This document shows positions 40,001 through 51,500 of a DNA stretch of 64,000 nucleotides, piece by piece. This stretch comes from a virus. Its lineage: Duplodnaviria > Caudoviricetes. Every line of letters starts with the position of its first letter. Positions within the stretch are counted from its first letter, which is position 1. Where the stretch lies: the IMG/VR virus record IMGVR_UViG_3300033463_004353, positions 10,167 through 74,166 of that record. One strand, given 5' to 3'. Below the pieces are notes generated by a model that saw only the letters and a program-made list of their open reading frames with translations, was not told the origin of the DNA and searched no databases. Made by a program: the position numbers and the translations under genes.

Positions 40001-41810
40001 CATTCATGATGAAGTCATAGTAAGGCTTGTAGAATGTCCAGTCATCATGCGTGACCTCTACCATCTTGTTGAAGTAGCTTTCTAGCAATGGCTTGCCTTC
40101 ACCAATCAGGCCACTTGAATAGTCTTGTCTGCCAACTTCACCTGTCTCATGATTTCCTGGCACAGACAATGATATCATGTTTGTTGTCCTGAATGCCCTA
40201 TATGTCTCTTTCAAGCTAGATCCAATGTCAAATGAGTCAATTATGAATTGCTTTTGGAACTCATTGTCGGTTCTCAAGAGCTTGTTCAATGACACTTTGT
40301 CACCCCATCCAAACCACTCTAGTGATGACTTCATCGATTTCATGTTGCCACACTCACCAAATATCTGCATGTAGTTGAGCAACAGCTCTTTGACTTTCTT
40401 CTTGAACAGCTTCTCATCTGGCCACTTAGAGTTGAACCTTGCTTGGTATATTGCTCGTATGATGTCTTTTGGCAATGATATTCCTAGATTCTTGCCATTA
40501 ATGACAAGCTCTTCACACTCATCTATGAAAGTGCACCCAACAGTGATTGGTGTCCACTCATCAACATCTTCAACCATCTTCACAGTGACATATCCACCAC
40601 TTGTGTTATCAACAACAGCTTTGTTGTCTGTGTCAAACCATATGTCACGAACATTAGTTGTGAGCATGAAAGTTGACTCGTTCAAGTCAAACGCTCCACC
40701 AACACCAACACTACCAAAGCTCACAGATCCATTTCCTAGATTCCTGAGTGTTGCCCTCTTGAAATCAGAATTCCTGTCTCCATAGAAATACCCATTCTCT
40801 GGGTTGTTGCCAATGTACAAGTTGTAGTCATGGTTTATCCATATCACACCACCACAAGCACGACATGACCTGTATACATGACCAGACATCTGGTAGTAGT
40901 GGCCGGCTTGGAGCCACTTGTCTTCTGGGAGCCTGACAATGTAGTGGTAGACATCAGCCGGCATGCCAGGATTTAAGTTGCTTGTGTTAGAGCTTCTTCC
41001 CCAGTTCAATATCCTATACCATTCAGACTCATCATCATGCTTTATTATCTCACAAGTGCTTGGATTGTATCCTGATGGGATGGTGTACCACAAGCTACGA
41101 CCGATGAAGTTCCCATTCTCAACATGCACTTCATATATGTCGATGTCTGAGAAAGTCTGTTGCATCAAGTAGTTGTACATCTGGTCTTGTGTGAGCTCTA
41201 CTTGCATTGTCTGCCCTTCAATTTCATGCTTGTACTTCACATGTATCATCAAGTTTGACAAATATGTGCCTTCAACATCTGACTTGCCAACTATGTAGAA
41301 TGGGAACATCACATACTTTGTTGACTCACTGTCCACAAGAAGAGTGTCTTTTATGAATTGTGATGATGCATTGCCACTCTCAATTGCCTCTTCTATAGCA
41401 TGCTCATCATAGTAGAAGTCATCATTGCCTAATGAGTCTTTGAAGTCCATATAGTTTAGCTCAATGTCTCTCTTCAAGTCATCCAATGACTCCATCTTCT
41501 CTTGCATGTGCTTTGCACTTATGAGCTTATAGAATGATGACTCACTCTCTACAGATATCTTGATCCATGGATCGCCTTCTTCCCAATTCTCAGAATTCCC
41601 TTCTTCATATATAGAATGGTGCCCTATCACTTCCTTGATCTTGTTGTATTCTATCAAGAATCTCACTGGGAGTATGTAGTAGTTGTTGACTGACACTGGT
41701 TGCTTGCTTATCCAGAAGACATAGTCGCCTTCTTTGTACTTCAGAGCTACTGGGTCATCTGAATAAGTCTTCATCGAGAATATGTGCCCTGTATGATCTA
41801 TGAACTCCAT
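37056..41810 (-). CDS. Large virion structural protein (baseplate wedge-like core) with C-terminal BspA-type LRR
   Basis: GNMKSMKSSLEWFGWGD core motif; C-terminal PDSINEIGDYAF / ISNNIEYIGIQAF / FGTNLKRIHVSAF LRR_5 repeats; TTATTTTTAA upstream (41867-41876). Confidence 0.6.
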   Translation of the reverse strand: MEFIDHTGHIFSMKTYSDDPVALKYKEGDYVFWISKQPVSVNNYYILPVRFLIEYNKIKEVIGHHSIYEEGNSENWEEGDPWIKISVESESSFYKLISAKHMQEKMESLDDLKRDIELNYMDFKDSLGNDDFYYDEHAIEEAIESGNASSQFIKDTLLVDSESTKYVMFPFYIVGKSDVEGTYLSNLMIHVKYKHEIEGQTMQVELTQDQMYNYLMQQTFSDIDIYEVHVENGNFIGRSLWYTIPSGYNPSTCEIIKHDDESEWYRILNWGRSSNTSNLNPGMPADVYHYIVRLPEDKWLQAGHYYQMSGHVYRSCRACGGVIWINHDYNLYIGNNPENGYFYGDRNSDFKRATLRNLGNGSVSFGSVGVGGAFDLNESTFMLTTNVRDIWFDTDNKAVVDNTSGGYVTVKMVEDVDEWTPITVGCTFIDECEELVINGKNLGISLPKDIIRAIYQARFNSKWPDEKLFKKKVKELLLNYMQIFGECGNMKSMKSSLEWFGWGDKVSLNKLLRTDNEFQKQFIIDSFDIGSSLKETYRAFRTTNMISLSVPGNHETGEVGRQDYSSGLIGEGKPLLESYFNKMVEVTHDDWTFYKPYYDFIMNELALKLDCMRHYYEKYFLPVHMKISRASVEWKVYANDMKLQCHASQSISARYVSLFDNDVMVEFPSESTLLYKKSTTLIDSKFNVFKNYNEEYENEDLYYVNENCIEIPIKIYNINSQFSKSDVGDWIIGENGNMTSISSFYKIVQEDGNDEYVKTTTEEATHYMLPSVGIVELQQDRYAKVSSALYKVVVMLTYVMKTQDPNGDWTHYNGSWYYTPEDRRLGNYVCIEGGKTKYNVKNYNVLSLPKDRYTIRTGELIVDNKFTFYQTPDNEYKGILLIPRLLGLPKDIDWLKTDFRVIVGVNGNWFTYDFNVTIPNLYIDLGKLQYRYNITTGLTKFSQIKSIDKNKVYFNSFMYQPDLVTIDALFYDDTTENEKVMTFIDKMAEIGNSNAIEYNMMQFYSKYYRGSISIPQNKSYYNRIHLFKLYKTDTYPSKRSSQEIPYSSDTAFFNLYYALFNKMAGYDFVFKIDEKVEYDAYLMHDKDGNVDQNGDPIKPYWYIVLISKYPIGMYNDKSLLDMHKIEYSYQNYSMKYTGYSIDKFLVNRMDIVMSNGNNHFNQDDLIIASVNNNDYRFNIDLTSKWMVKKTESKSWKEKSNQQTMVVPTEKADGTHYPGYYDIMLNYSINGLADHQYKSVAQYRVNKENVMIEYPHKNVESYNDGYFVEVTKQAEEVYTWEEKATTTMRYINQSNEVVEVELELSGTVTNVQIKNGVGGTTNLANTIYIEFGTDVEELAQGALAGIYGAGRISNPGCEVRISHTITRINDKLIGFEGTTLNYPTNGSSCIKSFKVHPDNPVFDSRENCGSIVLTNDDPGKEHTIGYSGGAKNSGYGAGTLLYGSQTSFFPDSINEIGDYAFYSIKNLAFIEISNNIEYIGIQAFGDMTDLNTIVFGTNLKRIHVSAFANQFSSSRRYGVNLKYVFMRSETPPYGINDNSAIQPIWFSVIPSRIYVEPGYARSYKADPVNRMSLYSGRIYDFHTQF

Positions 41811-41910
41811 TTATCTAGTAGTTTGTGTTGTTGTATATATTGCCGCTGCTTGCACAACAGGCTCACTTAAAAATAATCTTGTGAAATCAACTGATTGATT
41901 GCCAATTGAC

Positions 41911-41938
41911 AAAAAAGAGAGCCAATATTGGCTCTCTT
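41911..41938 (-). terminator. Rho-independent terminator
   Basis: AAGAGAGCCAAT/ATTGGCTCTCTT palindrome with U-run on the minus strand after the NDK-ferritin gene. Confidence 0.8.
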
Positions 41939-41965
41939 GAAATTGCATTTATAGTTGTCAAGTTG

Positions 41966-42967
41966 TCAGCTCTCAAATTGCTTCTCCAAGTCATACAAGT
42001 CTGACAAGTGCTGCTGCTCATCTGCTAAGATCTCCTTTATCTTTGCATTTGTCACAACATCTTTGTCACGAGTCATCCTCTCAATCTTCTCATAAGTCTC
42101 TATAGCTCCTTTCTCAGCTATGATGTTGTTCTTTATAGAAGCTAGGCAATCAGTGCTAGGAACTATGTACTTGTGTGTTGCAACATCATCCCACATTGTT
42201 GAGCTAATGAGCTTGTGTGGTGCTTCACCAAAGTTGTTCAATCTCTCCATCAACCAGTATGCATGATCTTCTAGCTCATCTTTAGCAGTGTCACTAAAGA
42301 ACTTGACAACATCATCTCTGTGCTTGCCTTCTAAGAATGGCAATATGATCATGTATGCATACCATGCATTGAGCTCTTCTGCCAATGCATCTTCTAGTGC
42401 ACTCACTAGCATTGACAGCTCTGATGGTGTCATTTGCAGCTTCAGCTCATCTATTGTCTTAGCTAGCTTAGATGTGCTATCATCTTGCTGTTGTTGAGCA
42501 AAGCCATCAGTGTCAGCAAACAATGCTAAGAATGAGTTGTCTTCAACAACTTTCTTCTCAAAGATAAGCTTTGACTCTCTGTTCACATTGTCTATGCTGT
42601 CAGATGAGTGCATTGCATTCTTCATGTCATCTATTCCCCAAGCATTCCTCACTTTGTCTTTCAGTTGATCCATGTCTTTGACCGGGTCTTCACAGTCTTT
42701 GTAGCACAGGCAACACACACAGTCACTAGAGCTCATGTAATCACATAGATTGTTGTAGAACTCTTTGTCTTTGTGCATCTTGTACAATTCCTTTGCTTCA
42801 TCATTAGTCAATGTGCGCTTAACTTTCTGTATGACTTTCCAACCATTGTTGTCAAGCATCTTTAAGAACTCATCTTCATGATCTAAGAATTCTGGCTTCA
42901 ATATCACAAAGCCATTTATTGTGTTGTTGCTCTCATTGAGCATATATGTCTTCTTGAAGCTCTTCAT
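41966..42967 (-). CDS. ndk: Nucleoside diphosphate kinase fused to a ferritin/Dps-like domain
   Basis: N-terminal ILKPE...LYKMHKDKEFY...NAMHSSDS (catalytic His); C-terminal AEE...DELEDH...AEKGAI...ADEQQH di-iron ExxH motifs. Confidence 0.8.
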   Translation of the reverse strand: MKSFKKTYMLNESNNTINGFVILKPEFLDHEDEFLKMLDNNGWKVIQKVKRTLTNDEAKELYKMHKDKEFYNNLCDYMSSSDCVCCLCYKDCEDPVKDMDQLKDKVRNAWGIDDMKNAMHSSDSIDNVNRESKLIFEKKVVEDNSFLALFADTDGFAQQQQDDSTSKLAKTIDELKLQMTPSELSMLVSALEDALAEELNAWYAYMIILPFLEGKHRDDVVKFFSDTAKDELEDHAYWLMERLNNFGEAPHKLISSTMWDDVATHKYIVPSTDCLASIKNNIIAEKGAIETYEKIERMTRDKDVVTNAKIKEILADEQQHLSDLYDLEKQFES

Positions 42968-43021
42968 GTTATGTATAGCTTGTCAGTATATAGTTTGTTA
43001 AAAATAAAAGAGAGACAAGCA

Positions 43022-43450
43022 TCAAATCTCATCTCTCTTAGTCAATTGCACCAAGTCTAGCCCAATTGGCTCTCTGTGGAATGCATATCTTTGTTTTATT
43101 CGGTTGTTGATGAAATCTGACTTCTTGCTACTTCCAGCAAGAGCTGAGAACACAAGCTTTGGGACATCATGGTAGAAGTATCCAAATGGCTGTGCATCTT
43201 CACCAAGTGAGAAGCCTTCAACACTATACATGACTTCTTTGTATCTTATGACTAGAGTGCTAGTCTCTTCACAATACCCAATCTCATACACATTGGATTC
43301 TTCATGCACTCTCATCATTGGGATGATATGGTGATTGCTCTCTACATTTCCATCTATCTCTACTTCACTTGATGGATCATACAAAACTAGCTCATCTTCT
43401 GCTATTGCTTTGTCACTGTTCTTGCTAGACATCTCAAACACAACTCTCAT
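43022..43450 (-). CDS. KTSC-domain protein
   Basis: SNVYEIGYCEETSTLVIRY...YFYHDVPKLVFSAL...DFINNRIKQRY. Confidence 0.75.
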   Translation of the reverse strand: MRVVFEMSSKNSDKAIAEDELVLYDPSSEVEIDGNVESNHHIIPMMRVHEESNVYEIGYCEETSTLVIRYKEVMYSVEGFSLGEDAQPFGYFYHDVPKLVFSALAGSSKKSDFINNRIKQRYAFHREPIGLDLVQLTKRDEI

Positions 43451-44293
43451 CTATTTCTGAATGTTAGGATTAGGCACTTGCTCAACTTTATCATATGTGC
43501 CATACTTGTTGAAGTACTTCATGAAGTCACAAGTCTTGATCTTGAATGCAAGCCTGTCACCACATCTATTCAATGCACCAACTGGAGACTTCATGACAAT
43601 CCCCTCGGCCATCAATGTCTTGTCTTCCGCAATGCTTGACAAGAATCCTACTTTGGCTTTCTCAACGGCTTCACTGATTGTCATCAACCCTAATGATGGT
43701 ACCACCATGACACCAAGCTTCTGCATGATGTCATCACGAGACTCCTTGAGCAAGTACAAGTCATCAACTTTGACATCAAACCCAATGAATGACACGCCAT
43801 CTTTGATGTATCTTGATCCACATGCTTGGATTTTCCTCCCATAGCCTTCTCCATAGATTGTGTACATCTTAGGGATACGCTCATAATCTGGTTGCATGTT
43901 CGCATCAACCCACTTGTGCTGAGCAAAGCTATCTTCAAAGATTGTCTCCTCAAGCCCAAGTGCACTTAGAACTCTCTCCTTAGGCAAATTTGCATGTAGC
44001 CAGTCCATCAGCTCTTTAGGCACATTTGCATTGTCTGTCTTGCCTCGATACTCAACACTGAAGTCCACACCAACATTCTTGTGCTTCAACTCATCAAACA
44101 GTATTCTAGAAGACACTTCAATCCTTATGTTTGTGCCATCAATCTTCTCTGATGCCTCCCACAATGCATCTTTGAGCCACGTGATTGTTGGGTCAACGAA
44201 CTCATAATGCAACATGATTATGTTGTCAATGTCACGCTTGTACAAAGTGTTGATTTTCTGATAAGTGTTAGCACTACGCTTCTGTTTTGCCAT
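43451..44293 (-). CDS. Rnl2-like RNA ligase
   Basis: Nucleotidyltransferase motifs EKIDGTN, YGEGYG, FIGFDV, AEGIVMK, FKIK. Confidence 0.8.
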   Translation of the reverse strand: MAKQKRSANTYQKINTLYKRDIDNIIMLHYEFVDPTITWLKDALWEASEKIDGTNIRIEVSSRILFDELKHKNVGVDFSVEYRGKTDNANVPKELMDWLHANLPKERVLSALGLEETIFEDSFAQHKWVDANMQPDYERIPKMYTIYGEGYGRKIQACGSRYIKDGVSFIGFDVKVDDLYLLKESRDDIMQKLGVMVVPSLGLMTISEAVEKAKVGFLSSIAEDKTLMAEGIVMKSPVGALNRCGDRLAFKIKTCDFMKYFNKYGTYDKVEQVPNPNIQK

Positions 44294-44332
44294 AATGTCA
44301 ATTGTAGTTTTTTAATTCATACTTTAAAATAG

Positions 44333-44887
44333 TCAATACCGCTTGTAGTATTCTTCAAGTATCTCATTTATGTTGCTTGGATATCCATCACAAGCTAGTC
44401 GCCACAAGTACTTTAAGTCATAGTTTATCCTCAATACCTGCCAAATCTTCTTGTCTTCTAATATGTCTATGCACAAGTCTGCTTCTCGCTTTGTTATCCC
44501 GATAGCAAAGTCAGTCTGTACAAACCTAGTCAGCTGGTGGTCATGATATCCTCCTTCATCATCAAGTATGACATAGTCTTTGATGTTGTTCTCATTGACA
44601 TACTTCTCAACTTCATCAGCTCTTGACTTGCACATGCTGTCTGTCAATCCATGTATGTTAGTAGCAAGCCACTCTATAGTGTTATCCTGCACATTCCATC
44701 TCTTGAGATTCTTGTTCACAAACTCTTCAACATCTCTAGCACCATGCTTCCAAGTTGATGTGACAATAATCTTGCAACCTGTCTTGTCAACAATGTCCTT
44801 GATGAGCATGATGTTGTCTAATGACAAGCGCCAATGGCTATAGTATGTTGTTATCACACCATCAAAGTCAAGAAATAGTGCTTTCAT
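44333..44887 (-). CDS. HAD phosphatase of Swiss-Army-Knife RNA-repair type
   Basis: LFLDFDGVI, IIVTSTWK, RADEV, YVILDDE motifs. Confidence 0.8.
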   Translation of the reverse strand: MKALFLDFDGVITTYYSHWRLSLDNIMLIKDIVDKTGCKIIVTSTWKHGARDVEEFVNKNLKRWNVQDNTIEWLATNIHGLTDSMCKSRADEVEKYVNENNIKDYVILDDEGGYHDHQLTRFVQTDFAIGITKREADLCIDILEDKKIWQVLRINYDLKYLWRLACDGYPSNINEILEEYYKRY

Positions 44888-45390
44888 CTCTCAATCTCTA
44901 ATATGTTTCTCTCTATGAAGCTATTGTCAACTACATCAATGTACATTGACTTAGAGCTAGCATCACAATACACTAATAAGCTTTTGCCAGTCGGCAATGT
45001 GCTCTTGATCATGTCAATTGCCTTAGCATCATTTGACAAATAGATGGCATCATCACCAATCAATGAACATGTGCTGGTGTGTTCTTTTGATCGTTTGATT
45101 TCACTAACTATAGATTCAACTAATGCTTGTGGTATTGCCTTAGGCCTGCCTGTTGGCCGCTTGAGCTTCTTTGGCATGAAAAACCTATGGTCAATCTTCC
45201 TAGCTTCAAACTCATATTTGATCTTCATAGTTTTAGATGTCTTTGCAACATCTCTCTTGTAGTCTCTGATAGCCTCATTTGCTTCTTTCTCTACAGAGAA
45301 AGATCTCTCAAGATACTTGAACCACTTTGTGAATTGCTTGCCATCTTTAGTCCAATGCTCATATCGACAGTAAATGTAGAACTTATCCAT
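44884..45390 (-). CDS. Hypothetical protein (start refined to MDKFYIYC)
   Basis: The ORF-track 5' extension (to 45870) is antisense to the tape-measure gene; ATG at 45390 begins a normally biased region. Confidence 0.6.
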   Translation of the reverse strand: MDKFYIYCRYEHWTKDGKQFTKWFKYLERSFSVEKEANEAIRDYKRDVAKTSKTMKIKYEFEARKIDHRFFMPKKLKRPTGRPKAIPQALVESIVSEIKRSKEHTSTCSLIGDDAIYLSNDAKAIDMIKSTLPTGKSLLVYCDASSKSMYIDVVDNSFIERNILEIER

Positions 45391-45502
45391 AAACACAATT
45401 TTAACTATCACTAACATAGTCAATAAGTTTAAAAGTTCAAATTTATTTTTAACTATACCTGCTTTTGGTATGGATACCTGAATAGCTACATACATCACAC
45501 AT

Positions 45503-48500
45503 ATGGATGGAAAAAACAAGAAACAATTGGTAAAGAAATCGGTACAAACAGAAAAGAGAGAGCTAGCAACTCCTACCGGACTTGGTTCATTTGACAAATA
45601 CCTTAGAGGAGAGTCTACAAGAGACTCTCTGTTCATAACTAGTGCCATCACCGGAACATCCGGAGACCAAGTCACTAATGCTATAAGTGCTATGAAGAGC
45701 AACAAGAGATCAATCTTAGGAGCAAACCAGTCATTGTATGCTATGATCTCTGACATAAAAGAAAGCATTGCCAAGATGGATATAGACAATGCTATAAAAG
45801 GTATCAAAGATGCTATTGGTGGGATGGCAAAAGCTACTAATGTGAGTGACAAGCCTAAAGAGTCAATCAACTATTCAGGGATACTAGAATCTATCAATCA
45901 AGAGATTTCTGGCATAAGATCTTCAATAGACAATAGCATCATCAAGGTAATAGAAGCTATAAATGCTGAAAGAGAGAACATCAACATAATAGAGAAGGTA
46001 GATGCAAGAATCTCAAAAGATAGCTTGTCTGAGATAAAGAATGCAATAGAGAACAATTTCAAAGAGACTAATGGCAAAATAAAAGTCACGGTTGATGGGT
46101 TGAATGAGAAAGACATAGATGCATTGAGGAAGTTCTCTGAGATGAACATGAATGCACTTGGTGTGAATGCCGAGTGGGTAAGCACACTTGTTGAGATATT
46201 GTCAAAGACTAAGCCATTAGATATGTCAAACTCTAACAAGAACTTAGCTCAAATAGCTGAAATTCTGGACAACACTGCATGGATATTCTCAAAGCCAAGA
46301 GTCATGTTGCTAAATGCAATCATGGCTAAAGGTGGATCGATTGAAAATCTAGTTGGAAAGAATGGGGCAATGTCTGGATTGTTTGAAAAACTTAAGACAA
46401 TCAAGCTAGATGAGAAGATGGATTTCACTAACACAATAGATGCATTGAAAGATGTATCTGGCTTGATGGATAAAGTTATAAAGATGATGCCTTATTTTAT
46501 TCTAATCAACAAGACATCAATGGCTAAAACTGTGTTGGATTCAATCAACGGGATAAAGGACATAATAGATGCGTCTGATATATGGAAGGATGGTAGTGAA
46601 TATCCTAAAATAAAGAAATCTATAAGTGACACTAATGAAGCGATAGACATCATAATGTCTACCGTGAAGTCTATTCAAGGATATAGTATAGCAAAGTCAT
46701 TTTTAGATGATGGAAAAATAAACCAAATAAGAGAGCTATTTGAACATAACATAAAGTCTCTCTTAAGAGAGATATCAAGCAACAAAAAGGACTACACAGT
46801 TGAAAAGAACACTACAACACAAATAAAAAATAGTATAGAAGACATCATATCTATTGTTGACAAAATATCAACACAAAAGGGAAATGACATCGATAAAGTA
46901 AAGAAAACATTGATTGGCATTGCTTCATTGTTTGGAATTAGTGTAGATGGCAAGAAAATGGATATCAACATAATGAAAAACTTGTTCCAAAGCTTAGGTT
47001 CATTGAAGGATGTCAGCAAGCAACAATCAGCAAAGATTGATTCTATTGCAAACCAAATGGAGTCAATAAAGACAATATTAGAAAGTATAAACTCCATTAG
47101 TGAGCTAAAGAAGATAGACAAAGACAAGATTATCAGCAATATCTCAAATTATTTTGAAACTATCAATGAGATCTACAAAGAGATAGATAGCAAGATAGAC
47201 AAGATATATGAAATTTCTTCAAAAGTTGATGGATTGAAAGCTGCCAATGAAAAGATAAAGGAAGGCATGGAAAGCATCAATGATGTTGCCGTCAAGACAC
47301 AATCATCAACAAAAGAGATAGAAGATGCACAAGTAAACATAGAAGGCATGACAAAGTTCATCATAGCATCAACTATTGTCCTGTCTGTTGGTGCACTATT
47401 TGTCATGCTTGGTGGTGGCAAGTTCATAAAGGCATCAATAGAATTTGCAGCCACATTGTCATTGTTTGAAGCATTAGTCTTGTTGCCAGTCATTACAACG
47501 GGTCCATTGTTGAAGAAGGCAATGCCATTAGGAAATCAGATGAATGGCTTCATCCTCACTTGTGTTGGATCTATGATGATTGGTGCATTGTTTGTCATGC
47601 TTGGTGGTGGCAAGGCTTTGAAAGCATCATTGATGTTTGGGATTGCACTCATGGCCTTTGAGACTCTAGTGATTGCTCCATTTATCTTGTTTGGCAAGTT
47701 CATGCCAACAATGAAAGCTAACTTAGAAGGCTTTGAGTACTTCATGCTAGCTTGTGTCGGCATAATGACAATTGGTGCATTGTTCATGATGCTAGACAAT
47801 GGCACATTTGTCAAGAATGCTATCAATTTTGGCATAACATTAATGATATTTGAAGCTATGGTCTTAGCACCAATATTGCTATTCAGCCATATTAGCAAAG
47901 ATGCAAAGAATTCATTAGATGAGATGGTAGACTTCATGATAGCATCAGCAGCAATAATGACAATTGGTGCATTGTTCATGATGATAAAGAATGGTGCATA
48001 TGCTAAGTATGCACTAGAGTTTGGCCTCACATTGATGGCATTTGAAGCATTAGTGCTAGCACCATTCTTAGTCATGTCATTGTTAGCTAAAGATGCATTG
48101 AAAGGAGCAAAGCTATTCTCTGGCTTGACCATTGTGACAACAGCAATAATGACTATTGGCGCATTGTTCATGATGATAAAGAATGGTGCATATGCTAAGT
48201 ATGCACTAGAGTTTGGTGCTACTCTCATGACATTTGAAGCATTAGTGCTAGCACCATTCTTAGTGTTTGGGTTGTTTGCTAAGAAAGCAAAAGCAAATGC
48301 AATAGAGTTGCTTGGATTGATTGCTGTTAGTGCTACTATATTGATTGTTGGAAGTCTTACTTATGAATATCTTGATGGAGTAGAATCTCCTTTAGCATTT
48401 ACTATCTTGCTTTCCGCATTCATAGCAGGAATGACCCATGTATTCAATTGGGTTAGTGGCAACTTGAGTAGGACAACAATAAATGAATTGAAAGAGTTTA

Positions 48501-51500
48501 GTCTGCTAGTAGCAATAAGTGCTGCTATATTGGTTGTTGGAAGCATTTCAATGAAGATAACTGGACCTTTGGCACCATTAGAATTTGCAGGACTATTGTC
48601 AGGATTTGTCTTAGTAATGTCTAAGGCAATGGGATTGATGAGTAAAGCAATTGGCAAGAATCCAAAAGTCTTAGCTGATGCCGCTGTATTAGGAACTTTT
48701 GTGTTGATGACTTCTATATCATTGTCACTAGGTGCTATGTTTGTTGCTAAGTATGGTTTAGAGCCGGTCATCCAATATGGTGTGATACTACTAGCATTTG
48801 TTGGTAGCATGTCATTAGTTCTTGGATTGCTTGGAGCATTGTCTCCAGCATTGCTACCAGGTGAAGCTGCAGCTATAGGTCTTGGAGTAGCATTGTTGGC
48901 TTTGACAACGTCATTGACAATACTTGGCACATTGTTTGATGGCAAGCTAAACATCGAAGCTATAAACAATAACATATCAGCAATAGAAGAAATAGTATCT
49001 GTCGGTTTGCTATGGATGTTTGTCAAACTATCAATTGTTGGATTGCAAGCTTCACTTGGAATATATGGTGCATTAGCGATATCTGGTGCTTTATTAGCAT
49101 TAAGCACAACATTCAAGATAATAGATATCATGTTAAAAGAAACAGATGTTGAATCTAACTTTGATAAGCTAAATGACATAATTGGCTTATCTATGGCATG
49201 GTTCTTTGAAAAACTTATCCTTCTTTTACCATTTGCCATTCTTGGCGGTACATCTGCATTGCTGATAAGCACTACTTTGCTAGCTCTATCTGGATCATTG
49301 AAGATTGTTAGCTTGATTATGGAAGACTATAGTAGTGTAAAATCTGGTTTAGACAATTTGACAAACTTGATATCAGGCAAAGATTCTAACCTTTGGGCAT
49401 TATTTGGAAAGATAATAGCATTAGGAGCTGTTTCTATATTAGCTAGACCGGCAGTAAGGAGCTTCTCTTCAACAATGAAAATACTCTCAAATGCAATGGT
49501 GTCTATAGCTGAAGGTGAAGAGGCTATCAACAAGATGAACATATCTGACAATTCTGAAGAAGTTATCAAGAATATCAATGCATTCATAAGCATTGGAAAT
49601 GGAATAGACAAAGATGGATTAGATAAGCTAAAGAAGAATATTCGTCGTGTAAGATATCCAATTAGTGAGTTGTCAACAGTGATGATGCTAGTTGGAAGCA
49701 CCGTAAAAGACTTAGCTGACATGAAAGTAGCTATAGCATGGGACAAGAATGGAAATGCAATAAGATGGAGGCAGATAAGCCAGTCAGATTTTGATCTAGC
49801 GAAGGATAACATAAAAGACATATTGAACAATACATTTGAAGGCCTGAGCAAAGCATTAGAAGTGATAGATGATTCTAAGAGGGCAAGCTTGTTGAAGAAA
49901 GTCATCAACTCATCATTGAAGATTGGTGATATGATATCTAACATTGCATTAGGGATATCTAACATGGCTATCTTGTCAGTTGCCAATTCATTTGACCAAA
50001 CAACTGGAAAGCCAACATCATTCAAGAGATTGTCTGAAAGCCATTTCTCAGAAGCAAGACAGAACATAAAGCAAATATTGACAAATACATTTGATGCGTT
50101 GAAAGAAGTATACAATGACTTAGACAATTCTAATCTGCTAGACAGTGATTTCTTGGGCCTTGGCAGCACACCAATAGACAAGATAGTGAATGCATCAATG
50201 AATGTCTCAAACATGATTTCTGCAATTGTTGAATCATTGTTCTATATGGCATCTATGGAATTCCCTGTATATGAGAATGGCAAAATTGCTAAATACCAAA
50301 AGATTGGTGCTAAAGAGTTTGATGATGCTAATGCTAATATATTGAAAATAATAACTGACCAATTTGACACATTAGAAAGCCTAGCACAAAGGCCTGATTT
50401 GAAGAATGCTTTATCATGGGACACATGGTTCACTAGGAGTGATGCCGGAAAGATAATAAAGATGGCAATGGACATGTCTTCTATGATATCAAATTTGGCA
50501 ACTGGAATATCAATGATGGCTACTATGCAAATAGCTAACAGATGGGATCCAAAGACAGGAAAGCCGATTGGATATGTTAAAGTGACAGACGCTGAAATGA
50601 TAGAAGCATCCAACAATGTTGTCAAGATAATCAATGCATTGCTTGGTGGTGGTGAAAATGGAATAAAGTTCAATAAAATATCTTCTAACAAAGAAACAAT
50701 AAAGAAAGCTATAGAATCTGTCAACCCAATAAGTGAGATGATATCATCTTTAGCCGATGGGATTGTCAAGCTAGCATCCGGACAGGTACCTAATAAATGG
50801 AACAATGATGGAGTTGCTATTGGATATGACACTATCAACAGTGAAACATATGTAAAGATAGGTGAAGTTGTTGGAGACATCATAACAGCTGTTCCAAAAG
50901 CTTTGATTGAATTGGCAAATGATAAAAAAAATAAAAAATTTTTTGATGGTGGTAATAATCCACAGTTGAAAGACATAATAGAATCAGTAAGTGGAGTGAC
51001 TGAAATAGTTTCAAGCATTGCTGATAGTGTTGTAAAGTTTGCTCAAGGAAAGATTCCAGTATACAAAGATGGAAAGATAATAAGGTATGATGATATCAAC
51101 TTTGGTGATGAAAATGGAAAGGGTGGAATAGTAGAAAAACTATCTACAGTCATTAGCTCTATAATAACAGCAACAAGTGATGCTATAATCAACTGCTATA
51201 ATGCTAATGACAAGATGTTCTCAACAACAGGTGAAAACACCCCATTCTCAACAGCTGTAAATGGAATATCATCATCAATATCTATTGTGTCAAATCTAGT
51301 GTCTGCAGTAGTGTCATTAGGCAATGCACGACTTCCGAAGAGAATTGATCCAAAGACAGGCAATGTACTTGAGTATGAAGATTTAGGAAGCAGTGTAGAC
51401 AAAATACTAGAGAATTTGAAGAAGATTATTGATACAGGAGATGGCAAAAGCTTGTTGATGACTATTCCTACAATGATCAGCACGTTGTATGAAAAAATAA

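Noticed and set aside
44884-45870. 328-aa ORF with hydrophobic N-terminus as listed in the ORF track
   Set aside because: The 5' part is antisense to the tape-measure gene; the real gene most likely starts at ATG 45390.
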